From Macrostomum lignano (Eukaryota), in the NCBI GenBank assembly GCA_002269645.1, contig NIVC01001581.1, positions 1 through 64,000 of the forward strand: a DNA stretch of 64,000 nt, written 5' to 3'. The notes below the pieces were generated by a model, which was given only the letters and a program-made list of their open reading frames with translations, was not told where the DNA came from and did no database searches. Made by a program: the position numbers and the translations under genes. Shown here piece after piece: positions 30,690-42,742 of the stretch (its first letter is position 1; each line of letters begins with the position of its first letter).

Positions 30690-31860
30690 GGGGCAGACTG
30701 AGAGATAGACAGGGATAGGCAGGGAGAGATAGGGAGACACGGGAGAGATAGAGAGAGACAGGGAGAGACAGGAAAAGAGGGGGAGACAGGGGGAGACAGG
30801 GAGAGACAGGGGGAGACAGGAAGAGGGGGAGACAGGGGGAGACAGGAAGAGGGGGGAGACAGGAAGAGAGGAGGGAGACAGGAAGAGAGGGGAGACAGGG
30901 GGAGACAGGGAGAGACAGGGAGAGACAGGAAGAGGGGGAGACAGGAAGAGAGGGGGAGACAGGGGAGACAGGGAGAGGGGGGAGACAGGAAGAGAGGGGG
31001 AGACAGGAAGAGAGGGGGAGACAGGGAGAGACAGGGGGAGACAGGAAGAGGGGGGAGACAGGAAGAGAGGAGGGAGACAGGAAGAGAGGGGGAGACAGGG
31101 GAGACAGGGAGAGACAGGGAGAGACAGGAAGAGGGGGGAGACAGGAAGAGAGGGGGAGACAGGGGGAGACAGGGAGAGACAGGGAGAGGGGGAGACAGGA
31201 AGAGGGGGAGACAGGAAGAGAGGGGGAGACAGGGAGAGACAGGGGGAGACAGGAAGAGGGGGGAGACAGGAAGAGAGGAGGGAGACAGGAAGAGAGGGGG
31301 AGACAGGGGGAGACAGGGAGAGACAGGGAGAGACAGGAAGAGGGGGAGACAGGAAGAGAGGGGGAGACATGGAGAGACAGGGGGAGACAGGAAGAGGGGG
31401 GAGACAGGAAGAGAGGGGAGACAGGGAGAGACAGGGGGAGACAGGAAGAGAGGGGAGACAGGGGGAGACAGGGAGAACAGGGAGAGGGGGAGACAGGGAG
31501 AGACAGGGGGGAGACAGGAAGAGGGGGAGACAGGAAGAGAGGGGGAGACAGGGAGAGACAGGGGGAGACAGGAAGAGGGGGGAGACAGGAAGAGAGGAGG
31601 GAGACAGGAAGAGAGGGGGAGACAGGGGGAGACAGGGAGAAACAGGGAGAGACAGGAAGAGGGGGGAGACAGGAAGAGAGGGGGAGACAGGGGGAGACAG
31701 GGAGAGACAGGGGGAGACAGGAAGAGGGGGGAGACAGGAAGAGAGGGGAGACAGGGAGAGACAGGGGAGACAGGAAGAGAGGGGAGACAGGGGGAGACAC
31801 AGGGAGAGACAGGGGGAGACAGGAGGAGACAGGGAGAGACAGGGAGAGAGAGACAGAGAG
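30690..31860. repeat. Purine-rich GGGAGACAG-based satellite
   Basis: Direct reading; part of the spurious 800-aa ORF. Confidence 0.93.
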
Positions 31861-31869
31861 AAAGGACCA

Positions 31870-32590
31870 GGAGAGCAGTGAGAGAAGAGAGGGAGAGTCG
31901 GGAGCGGTGTGAGAGCAGTGAGAGAAGAGAGGGAGAGTCGGAGCGGTGTGAGAGCAGTGAGAGAAGAGAGGGAGAGTCGGGAGCGGTGTGAGAGCAGTGA
32001 GAGAAGAGAGGGAGAGTGGGAGCGGTGTGAGAGCAGTGAGAGAAGAGAGGGAGAGTCGGGAGCGGTGTGAGAGCAGTGAGAGAAGAGAGGGAGAGTCGGG
32101 AGCGGTGTGAGAGCAGTGAGAGAAGAGAGGGAGAGTGGGAGCGGTGTGAGAGCAGTGAGAGAAGAGAGGGAGAGTCGGGAGCGGTGTGAGAGCAGTGAGA
32201 GAAGAGAGGGAGAGTGGGAGCGGTGTGAGAGCAGTGAGAGAAGAGAGGGAGAGTCGGGAGCGGTGTGAGAGCAGTGAGAGAAGAGAGGGAGAGTCGGGAG
32301 CGGTGTGAGAGCAGTGAGAGAAGAGAGGGAGAGTGGGAGCGGTGTGAGAGCAGTGAGAGAAGAGAGGGAGAGTGGGAGCGGTGTGAGAGCAGTGAGAGAA
32401 GAGAGGGAGAGTCGGGAGCGGTGTGAGAGCAGTGAGAGAAGAGAGGGAGAGTGGGAGCGGTGTGAGAGCAGTGAGAGAAGAGAGGGAGAGTCGGGAGCGG
32501 TGTGAGAGCAGTGAGAGAAGAGAGGGAGAGTGGGAGCGGTGTGAGAGCAGTGAGAGAAGAGAGGGAGAGTCGGGAGCGGTGTGAGAGCAG
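31870..32590. repeat. ~40-bp purine-rich minisatellite
   Basis: Unit GGGAGCGGTGTGAGAGCAGTGAGAGAAGAGAGGGAGAGT(C). Confidence 0.95.
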
Positions 32591-33054
32591 CAGGTCAGAG
32601 AAGCAAGGAAGTCAGATGGGCAAAGTGCGAACGAGCCGCATCCATCAGTGAGAATTATCAAGAGCGAGAGGGTCAAGCAGAAAAACTGGTTTCGACTTAT
32701 CGTGCTTGTGCAACTGATATGAACTGCGCCTGTAAACATAGGAATTCCCTCCCGTTCTCTTCCATTCCCCCTCCTCCAAAACCCCCATCCTGCCACAGAC
32801 ACAGCAGCATCCGCTCCTCGCAATGATGCCCATTGGCTGCTATGCAAGTCCCTCATCTTCTGGGGCAGGGGTGAGAGAAGGATGACCAGCCATATCAAGG
32901 AGGCCCAGAAACAGGAACTGGAGTGATGACCAACCCTCAAAATTGTTGTCTTATTGAAAACAGTTCTCAAATTTCTAAGGGGGTTATGACCCCTCACATT
33001 TTCTGGGGAGGGGGGGTCTTTACACCGGCACCAATTGCCCCTCAAATTTTCTGG

Positions 33055-33290
33055 GGGTCATCACACCGCCACCTCGCCCCTCAGACTTTCTGGGGGGGGT
33101 CACGACCCCGCTACCACGTCCCTCAGATTTTCTGGGGGGTCACGACCCCGCTACCACGTCCCTCAGATTTTCTTGGGGGGGGGGTCACGACCCCGCTACC
33201 ACGTCCCTCAGATTTTCTGGGAGGTCACGACCCCGCTACCACGTCCCTCAGATTTTCTGGGGGGTCACGACCCCGCTACCACGCTCCTCA
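33055..33290. repeat. ~40-bp tandem repeat
   Basis: GGGGTCACGACCCCGCTACCACGTCCCTCAGATTTTCT, about 5 copies. Confidence 0.88.
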
Positions 33291-33934
33291 AATTTTCTTG
33301 GGTTCTTGGGGAGGGGGGGGGCTCATGACCCCACCATCCCGACCCTCAGATTTTCTCAAAGGAGGGTGTCATATGACCCCTTGGACCCCTGGATTCAGAC
33401 TAGTCTGAAAAAAATGAGTGGCTGGCGTGGTGGTAGGGGGGGGGCTGATTCGCCATTTCAAGTTCAACTTCCAGTTCTCCTTGGTGATATAAGCCGCAGT
33501 CTGGCTGTGGCAGCTGGACCCAGCAAAGTATAAAAATCCCCCCACCCAAGCTAGCACAGAGAGCGGCCAAAGCGGTCGACAGATCTATATATAAACAGGC
33601 CGCTAAGGGAACGACTACGAAGTTAAAGTTTTCTCCCGGCTCTCCGTCTCTGTATGTTTTTTGTGTGTCCCCAGACATCCTGCTTCTTTTTGCTTTTGCG
33701 ACAGGCTCTATGTGTGTGTGCCCCCCCCCCGCGTTGCGACAGGCACTTGGATCGAAGCGACTTCTTTCGTGAAGCACCCAACTTCATCAAGGTTTTTTCT
33801 TTTTATACTGTACCTTCGGCTAATATGTTTTACCTGGCAAAGGAACTCGTATATATAGGACCCTGTTAAAGATTGGCTCGACTTGCCGGCCTATGGTGAA
33901 TAATTCTGTTTGATTTTGCCTTGTGTCTACTATA

Positions 33935-34752
33935 TCCTGTCTCCCTCTCACTGTCTCCCTCTCACTGTCTCCCTCTCACTGTCTCCCTCTCACTGTCTCC
34001 CTCTCACTGTCTCCCTCTCACTGTCTCCCTCTCACTGTCTCCCTCTCACTGTCTCCCTCTCACTGTCTCCCTCTCACTGTCTCCCTCTCATTGTCTCCCT
34101 CTCACTGTTCTCCCTCTCACTGTTTTCCCTCTCACTGTCTCCCTCTCACTGTCTCCCTCTCACTGTCTCCCTCTCACTGTCTCCCTCTCACTGTCTCCCT
34201 CTTGCTGTCTCCCTCTCACTGTCTCCCTCTCACTGTTCTCCCTCTTGCTGTCTCCCTCTCACTGTTCTCCCTCTCACTGTCTCCCTCCCACTGTCTCCCT
34301 CTCACTGTTCTCCCTCTTGCTGTCTCCCTCTCACTGTTCTCCCTCTCACTGTCTCCCTCTCACTGTCTCCCTCTCACTGTCTCCCTCTCACTGTCTCCCT
34401 CTTGCTGTCTCCCTCTCACTGTCTCCCTCTCACTGTCTCCCTCTCACTGTCTCCCTCTCACTGTCTCCCTCTCACTGTCTCCCTCTCACTGTCTCCCTCT
34501 CACTGTTCTCCCTCTCACTGTCTCCCTCTCACTGTTCTCCCTCTCACTGTCTCCCTCTCACTGTTCTCCCTCTTGCTGTCTCCCTCTCACTGTTCTCCCT
34601 CTCACTGTCTCCCTCCCACTGTCTCCCTCTCACTGTTCTCCCTCTCACTGTCTCCCTCTCACTGTCTCCCTCTCACTGTCTCCCTCTCACTGTCTCCCTC
34701 TCACTGTTCTCCCTCTTGCTGTCTCCCTCTCACTGTTCTCCCTCTTGCTGTC
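33935..34752. repeat. 14-bp pyrimidine-rich minisatellite upstream of the clarin-like gene
   Basis: Unit CTGTCTCCCTCTCA. Confidence 0.95.
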
Positions 34753-34938
34753 TTCGTCTTATTTTCACTTTTCCACCTCAGTCTCACTAGTTGCCTATTA
34801 AATTCACTCAGTCTCGCTCAGTTAGAATTACGCAATAACATCAGACTGCTTCAATTTCAAGTTGCAGAATCGTTGGCAAACAGCAGACGCAATCCAGATT
34901 GGCCATTAAAACCGGCAAAAATTATCAGTAAATCAGCA

Positions 34939-37900
34939 ATGCGATTCAACCAAGTAGCCTGGGCAATGTACTGCTCAGCGTCTGTCAGCAATCTGGTCGG
35001 TCACTGCCTGCTCATGGTCATCGGAATTGTGCAGCAGTTCTGCACCGTTGCCATCGGCCTCAATCCAGCCAGCAATATTCGCAGAGCGAACTGGCAGATC
35101 GGCGTGTTCAGCTCTCAGGTGGTGCTGGACATCGCCGACGAGAGAAGCAAACGGGTGCTCATTCCTGGCAGCGCTGTGGTGCATGGTGAGGCTGGAGACT
35201 GATAGGCAGATCTGCAAGGGTGAGGTTGAGAGGGAGAGGGAGAGGAGTGAGAGATTGAGAGATTAGTGATTTGGTGAGGTTGAGAAGGAAAGGGAGAAAG
35301 AGGGGTGAGAGGGATGTGAGAGGGAGAGGGGAGGGTGAGATTGAGAGGGAGAGGTGAGAGGAGAAACGGAGGAATGTGAGTGACAAGGAATGAGACGGGA
35401 AACCGCGAAATTGAGTATAAGAAAGAAAAGAAAAGATCGAGTGAGAGACTCCAAAGCAGGGAGCTTTCAGGGTATAAGTACAGCTGAGCAGGTTGATGAA
35501 GCTGATTTTATTGCACCAGCAATGGCCATATGAAAACTGGTCTGGCTTCGAGTTCCGCCGAGAAATTCCCGGCAAAAAATCTAATAGTCACAAAGTTCCA
35601 CTTGCGGAGTGGGATAGAAAAGTTATTCTCAGTCTGCAGGAAATTCCTGCCTCTTCCCGTTTGATCGGTAGAAGCAACTCCAAGAATACTCCTCTAGGAG
35701 CATTGCTGGCAACTGGTAAAGAACGAATCATATCGCGTACTTTTATTGGGCGACTTCTCGACATAGCAGTAGGAGGTTAAGAGACTGAGTGAAACTTACT
35801 GAATAGAGATTGCAACCTACAGAAACTTACTGAAAAGAGGTTGCAACCTACAGAAACTTACTGAAAAGAGATTGCAACCTACAGAAACTTACTGAAAAGA
35901 GGTTGCAACCTACAGAAACTTACTGAAAAGAGGTTGCAACCTACAGAAACTTACTGAATAGAGATTGCAACCTACAGAAACTTACTGAATAGAGATTGCA
36001 ACCTACAGAAACTAACTGAATAGAGATTGCAACCTACAGAAACTTACTGAATAGAGATTGCAACCTACAGAAACTTACTGAAAAGAGGTTGCAACCTACA
36101 GAAACTTACTGAATAGAGATTGCAACCTACAGAAACTAACTGAATAGAGATTGCAACCTACAGAAACTTACTGAATAGAGATTGCAACCTACAGAAACTT
36201 ACTGAATAGCGACTGCAACCCACAGAAACTTACTGAATAGCGATTGCAACCTACAGAAACTTACTGAATAGCGACTGCAACCCACAGAAACTTACTGAAT
36301 AGCGACTGCAACCCACAGAAACTTACTGAATAGCGACTGCAACCCACAGAAACTTACTGAATAGCGATTGCAACCCACAGAAACTTTCTGAATGGCGATT
36401 GCAACCTACAGAAACTTACTGAATAGCGATTGCAACCTACAGAAACTTACTGAATAGCGATTGCAACCTACAGAAACTTACTGAATAGCGATTGCAACCT
36501 ACAGAAACTGACTGAATAGAGATTGCAACCCACAGAAACTTACTGAATAGAGATTGCAACTAGAGATTGCAACCTACAGAAACTTACTGAAAAGAGGTTG
36601 CAACCCACAGAAACTTACTGAATAGAGATTGCAACTAGAGATTGCAACCTACAGAAACTTACTGAAAAGAGGTTGCAACCCACAGAAACTTACTGAATAG
36701 AGATTGCAACTAGAGATTGCAACCTACAGAAACTTACTGAAAAGAGGTTGCAACCTACAGAAACTTACTGAATAGCGATTGCAACCTACAGAAACTTACT
36801 GAATAGCGATTGCAACCTACAGAAACTTACTGAATAGCGATTGCAACCTACTTAGCTGCAGGGCTGTCCCGGAGGGGACACAGCGGGAAGGCGCGGGCGC
36901 CCATTCCGCTAAGATTTTCCGCTATGATTTCCGCTAAGATGTTCCGCTAATATGATTTCCGCTAAGATTGCAACCTACAGAAACTTACTGAATAGCGATT
37001 GCAACCTACAGAAACTTACTGAATAGCGATTGCAACCTACAGAAACTTACTGAATAGAGATTGCAACCCACAGAAACTTACTGAATAGAGATTGCAACCC
37101 ACAGAAACTTACTGAATAGAGATTGCAACTAGAGATTGCAACCTACAGAAACTTACTGAAAAGAGGTTGCAACCCACAGAAACTTACTGAATAGAGATTG
37201 CAACTAGAGATTGCAACCTACAGAAACTTACTGAAAAGAGGTTGCAACCCACAGAAACTTACTGAAAAGAGGTTGCAACCTACAGAAACTTACTGAATAG
37301 CGATTGCAACCTACAGAAACTTACTGAATTGAGATTGCAACCTACAGAAACTTACTGAAAAGAGGTTGCAACCTACAGAAACTTACTGAATAGCGATTGC
37401 AACCTACAGAAACTTACTGAATTGAGATTGCAACCTACAGAAACTTACTGAAAAGAGGTTGCAACCTACAGAAACCCTGTTTGTCAATCTCCACCAGACC
37501 GAATCGAGTGGCGCACCGCGGCGGTGACCCTGGGCCTGTCGCTGGCCCTGTCCCTCTGCAGTCTGGTCTGCCATCTGGCCGTTGTGCTGTCAACCCGACT
37601 GCGGGTCTCATTTCGCGCAGTGTCAGCTGACGCGGGACTCCAGCTGACCGCCGTGGTGACCCAGATCCTGTGCCTCGCCTCCGGCGAGATCGGCATGAAG
37701 CGCCTGGCAGCTGAACCGGAGAGCCTCAACGCCGCGTTGGAGCAGTTCGCCCGAGCTGGCAGCCCGCTGGGACCCGAGGAGGTCACCGAAGTTGGTCGAG
37801 GCTTCGCATTCTGGTTGCTAGTAGCAACGGTGTTTGTTCATTTAACCAGCCTGCTGTGCGAGATTCCCTACGCCATCCTGCTTGGCGAGCTGTTGCTTAG

Positions 37901-38078
37901 CAACCCAGCGATGGGGAGCTCTACGTTGGACAGAACCGGCTCCAGCGGTCGTCGTGATCCCGAGCTGATGGTGATTGAGAACAGTCCCGCCTATCCCGTG
38001 AGTGCAGTCAAAGACTGGCAGGCCGCTTCTGCAGCCGCAGCCGTCGCCGCCACCGCCTCTGCCACCAGTCGGTTGTGA
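34939..38078 (+). CDS. Clarin-like tetraspan membrane protein (claudin/PMP22-related clan), 2 exons
   Basis: Exons 34939-35185 (donor GTGAG) and 37498-38078 (CAG acceptor) give 275 aa with four hydrophobic segments. WQIGVF resembles clarin YGLF, ILCLASGEIGMKRLAAE resembles ILFASEVKIHHLSE, and GFAFWLLVATVFVHLTSLL resembles SFWVIFFCFFVHFLNGLL. Family call is from remembered motifs, not a search. Confidence 0.7.
35790..37472. repeat. ~30-bp minisatellite filling the clarin-like intron, interrupted at 36852-36965
   Basis: Unit GATTGCAACCTACAGAAACTTACTGAATA(G/C). Confidence 0.95.
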
Positions 38079-38795
38079 AAAATTTTCACTGATCGCTAAT
38101 CTGTCAATAATCGCTGTTAACTACTTATTGAGTAGTCTGGATGACAAGCAGCTGGCAACTATGGTCATATCTGTATAGAATTTACAACATACTTTTAAAT
38201 GCAACAGTTGCGAATGAACTCATAAAGCAATATTTTTTCAGCAGAGAATCGAGCCTCTTTTATCTTTGCAATGTGTCTTAAATCCCTACTAAAGTCGGTA
38301 GACTTGAGCTGGCTACTCATAAGAAACCGTTTGATTTGTAAAACTTGACGATTTTTTTCAAAGATTGAGTGATTTATTAGGCTGAGATTGAATAAATTCG
38401 TATTCGAAATCAAAACTACTTTAGCAGAAATGATTAATTTTTCTATTACTTACGCTGATTTTAAAAAACACTATTTGAACTACCTATAGGAGCGTAGCTA
38501 AAAATTTAACGTACGCTCGTATTTATGCCATTGATCGAAATGTCACTTCACGGTAATGACCTCTGCTTAATGGCCTGATCATTCTCTGGAAGTCCTGTTT
38601 TGACCATAGACAATTCGAAAAATGTAGCCAAATTCGTGGGCCGATCACCGCATCCAGACTCCAAAAAACCAACCCGCCCTTGAAAATTCTTTGTTACCAA
38701 TAAAGCTTGATCAAAGATTGACCCGAATTTACGCATTCTTTATTGTGTCGCTCCATGCGAAATTTATAGTAGTCCTTGTTTGGCATGAGACATGA

Positions 38796-39105
38796 GGGGG
38801 TTGTAGCATATTGAATAGAGCGTTGGACTCGCGACTGAAAGGTCGGGGGTTCGATTCCCGGTCTCACTGGAACAATTTGTGTCCTTGAGCAAGACACTTA
38901 ACTCTGCATTGCTTCAGTTCACTCAGCTGTAAAATGGGTGCCAGCATTAGCTGGGGTAACTGAGGGTGTGTGGCGACCCCCCAGTCCTTGGACTGAACAG
39001 CCGTACGCAGCCTTCAGATGCGCCGCGCAATAGCTGCGGCTGAGCTAGCTGTTACACATCTGCCCATAAGGGCAGGTGTAATCAATTATTATTATTATTA
39101 TTATT
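38796..39105 (+). mobile_element. tRNA-derived SINE family 1 (tRNA head, conserved core, (ATT)n tail)
   Basis: A/B-box head (GGTTCGATTCCC), core GTGTCCTTGAGCAAGACACTT...CAGCTGTAAAATGGGTGCC, 3' hairpin region and (TTA)n tail; four copies in the window. Confidence 0.88.
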
Positions 39106-40321
39106 GGCATGATAACTTTGAAAATTCATTTGATTTACGTTGTTTAAAGTTTAGTTGCAGTAATAAGTCTGCAATTAAAATTTAAAGTTTGCGGAATTAT
39201 ATTGAGTTTATTACTTTTCCTGTGCACAGTATTAGTGCGCTTGTATGTGCTCAGGGAGACAGCGGAATGGTTGCGGATGTATGTCGCGGAAGGCGTTACG
39301 CCTTACGAGTACGAGTGCATGTGCATACGACTACTATATAGGTGATGATAGGTGCTAAATGTGTTATTTAAGACTGGTGAGCTGCACTCGCAGTCAACTG
39401 CGCACTCGTATAAACAAAAACATGTTATGATTTTACCACTTCAACTTCAACAGCGTTCAGTTCCGCTAGGAAAATCAACCCATCAGATTTTCGATACTTT
39501 GTCTTTTTTGAGCTCTACGAGTAAAAAGGCGAAATTACATGAAAGGTTAAAAAACATCGGAGCTCGTCTTCCTGAGGACTGAGCTGCCAGACCCAGCTGC
39601 CAGAAAATACGCAAAAGGATGTCACGCAAACAGAAGCATCGCATGCAACCGTGCTCATGAGCTAAATTATTTTCTTGCCATTATTTCAACAGTCACTTTG
39701 ATTTGAGCAGCGAAATTGGATTTTTTCCAGAAACTTTTGCGACTTCCACCGAGTCACGTTTAAGCCTGTATGATGATTCTGTATTCTATCTGATAGACAC
39801 ACAGGAGTCTTATAATTGAAGTTCAATGATTGAATCGCTGTTATGACTCAAAGTTCAATGATAGAATAACGTGACTAAGTACAGTTGCAGAACATCTAGC
39901 TACATCTAGCTGGTTTCATGGAAAAAATTTCTGGTCGCTTTGCAAAGAAATAATTAAAGTGTATGTTGAGAAACAGAAACTACCTGCAACACAACTCTGT
40001 TTTGAATTTGACGCTGAATAGTGTTGTGAAGAATTTATTTTGCTACCTTATACAATTAAACAAATTCAATCGAAGTCAATTTGGTTGGTTGGTTGGAACA
40101 AAAATCAATTTTTCACCATGATTCACAGAATATACACAGAATGCCGATTCGAGCATTTTTGTTTAAAAAATCGGTGCAAGAATTGAAATCACACCAGCCT
40201 ACTCTTGTTGTGAAGCTTTGATAATTAGGGCTTGAGTTTTTGCCATAGACTATTCTAAGAGCGACTTTTATTCTTTGCTTTCAAATGAAAATGAAGTTCA
40301 GTCCGAGCTTTTCTGCGCAGC

Positions 40322-41440
40322 ATGGCTGGAAAATCCAGACTCCAGTGTGCAGCCTATGGATGCCCAAACTATGCCTACAAGTGCCCTCCGGACACCCGAT
40401 TTCATCGATTTCCGTCAAGCCGCGAGAGGTGAGTAAACTTTTTATGAGGGGTCTTTCAAAAGTTCGTAGAAAAGCCATCTCCCCTTAAACATATGCCCTT
40501 GAAAATTTTCCATTCTCCAAGTTTTCCAAGGAGCAGTCAAGAGCCATTTGACTACGAACTAAGTCTACAACCAAGTCTACGAACTTTTGAAATACCCCTC
40601 GTACAACTGGCATCGCAATTCACACAATTAAAAACATGGCTAAGCTTCAATTCTGGTGCAAATTCAACTTTCAGATGCGAAGACTGGGCCAGACGCATTT
40701 TCCGAGCCGATCTTCTTGGAAAAAGAAATGAAGGCAAATGGAAGTGTGCCGTTGTGCGCAGCCACCATTTTACAGATGAAATGTACTCATGTCCAAGACT
40801 CAGACATGATACATCCACCAGGCTGTCTGACCGTGCGTACCCAAGCCTTCAACTTTACAAGGAAATTCCAGAGCCTCGGCAGCGGCCACCTCCGAAGTGT
40901 CGAGAAACGACTGACTCGGGATCGCACCCAGTCGTGCATGGGGTCGAGAGTGATGTCGGTGTTGCCAGAACTGAAAGCGAAAGTCTTCAAGCTATCAAGC
41001 TATTCAAATCTGAGGAAAAGTGCGAGGAGTGCCAGCAGTCGTTAAAAGGCGATGGCTCGGGAGAGATGCGCTTCCTGCAGCTCAAGAACGGACAGGGCGG
41101 GACTGGAAATCTGATCATTCCCAACAAGGCAGTCATATCTGCAGTCTGTCAGATGGAGCGCACCTTCACGACAACGGACAAAGAGCTGTTCGTTCTGAAG
41201 GACGTGAGCAAACGGCTTCAGGAAAAGTTCTTTCCCATTGTTCTTGCAAATATTCAGACGCACAGCTCGGATCACGGCGAACGCTGTGCTAAGGCAATGG
41301 CCAAGTTGTTTGCCAGACTTCGCCTGCATCACTGGTGCAACAGCCAGAGGACGCTCGCTCAGCTGAGAAAGCGGGGGCGTACGACAGGAATAAAGAGAGC
41401 TGAAGAGAGGAAGAAGCTGATGCGATTAAATGCTGTTTAA
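40322..41440 (+). CDS. Spliced THAP-domain protein fused to the P-transposase C-terminus (catalytic core deleted), about 290 aa
   Basis: Exon 40322-40428 (MAGKSRLQCAAYGCPNY...FHRFP, donor GTGAG) plus exon 40675-41440 (CEDWARRI...VRSHHF...AYPSL; KCEECQQSL...GNLIIPN...ME..F...LFARLRLHHWC). The ORF is open, but the THAP VCSxHF Cys is Arg. Confidence 0.7.
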
Positions 41441-41771
41441 CTGTAGTTTAACTGTGATGCAAATGAATTCTGCTTAGCTGTTGTTTGTTGATGATGCGAA
41501 TGAATTCTGCTTAACTGGAGTTCTTCAGAGTGTTTGGTTTGTTTAGATGATAAAATACGAAAAAAGGATAAAATTTTACATTTGGTCCTCCAAGTAGGAT
41601 CTTTGACTGCCTGCGAGACTTTGCTAAATTATTCTTCGCTAATTTATACTACTGGCCATAGACTTCACAACAAGAGTAGTGCACAAGAATTTTAATTCGG
41701 CTTCATGGAAATTAATCGCTCGATTTGGCATTCCGCGTAAATTCTGTACCATGATTATGACTGGGTTGTCC

Positions 41772-42742
41772 CAGCCACATATTCTATTATAATATAGCAT
41801 TTTGCAGTCCATTTGGGCTACGCGCATAGAATTTAGTCCAAGAAACGTAATGTAACGGAGCTTTTGTCTATGGTAGCAAGGCTGGCACAGCGGCATGTAA
41901 GTTGGTCCAACAAGCATCAGTTTGGTCCATAGCTTCATTTGCAGCTGCTGCGGTGGAGCAAGATCTGCCCCACAATTGTGGACCATGTGCTGGGCAGTCG
42001 AACGAATGCCATTGGCTTGTGATCGAAGCACTGAACAGAGGTGAACACCCAAAGGACATTGCAAAGTTGCTGAATGTAAAAGAGAAGATGCTTTACAGCA
42101 TTCATCAGCGCGTTGAAACCACTGGCGGCAGAGATCGCCTGCGAAAGGGTGGCAATCGCCAAGGCAAGTTGCGAGAGCCTCCGGTCCAACTGCTACTTGA
42201 TGCAATTGAGAAACCCTTTGTTGACATTGCCAACAATGCAGCAGAAGCTGAAGGAACAGTTCCAGTTGGTTATCAAATTTCGACTATCAGTAGAGCTCTA
42301 GAAAAGCGACTAAAAATTGTTGGTAGAGACGCTGACATTCCAACTGTATGCAACAGCCCGCAGAGGCGAGAAGGCAAGAGTTGGCTGAATGGCTCACGAG
42401 CGTTTGGACCAAATTAAATGCCGCAGTGCCAGCCTTGCTACCATAGACAAAAGCTCCATTACATTGGCAACCGCATCTTGGATTAAATCAAGGAGTTCTA
42501 TAATTAGCAAACTGGAGTGGCAATGAGTTTTTTCACTTTTACCTCATTAGGCCAGACTATCATAGACAGAGTCAGACAGAGCCATAGACATTCCGTGCTG
42601 GCTCCTTATCTTATCAATTTGCGTGGCCTCATGAGGTAAAACTCGTTTCCACTCCAGATCGCTAGTTATGGTTAAATTCCATGCGCGTATAGGCCCAAAT
42701 GGGCTGGAAAAAGCCATATTACCTAGAGCTATTTGGTGGCTG
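41772..42742 (+). mobile_element. Tc1/IS630-like non-autonomous element with long inverted arms and the transposase N-terminus only
   Basis: Inverted arms 41772-41910 and 42404-42742 (the right arm is interrupted). The interior encodes an HTH region (VIEALNRGEHPKDIAKLLNV...KGGNR.GKL...STISRAL) with no DDE domain. No TA TSD was confirmed. Confidence 0.65.
42494..42672. mobile_element. Small MITE nested in the right arm of the Tc1-like element
   Basis: Arms CTGGAGTGGCAATGAG...TTACCTCATTAGGCCA and TGGCCTCATGAGGTAAAACTCGTTTCCACTCCAG are reverse complements. TTAAAT occurs on both sides of the interruption. Confidence 0.55.

Noticed and set aside
30643-33045. 800-aa minus-strand ORF and overlapping LSP-rich ORFs
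   Set aside because: Translation of purine-rich satellites; no domain and no coding-like composition.
32580-33900. ORFs and possible exons between satellites (32581-32833, 33400-33869)
   Set aside because: No recognisable motif or consistent splice structure; left unannotated.
33910-34938. Long N-terminal extension of the 430-aa ORF
   Set aside because: 14-bp satellite; only the part from ATG 34939 looks like protein.
35493-35780. 95-aa ORF inside the clarin-like intron
   Set aside because: No recognisable homology and not needed for the gene model.
28040-37472. Regular repeat arrays as possible CRISPR arrays
   Set aside because: Units are head-to-tail with no unique spacers, the context is eukaryotic, and there are no cas genes.
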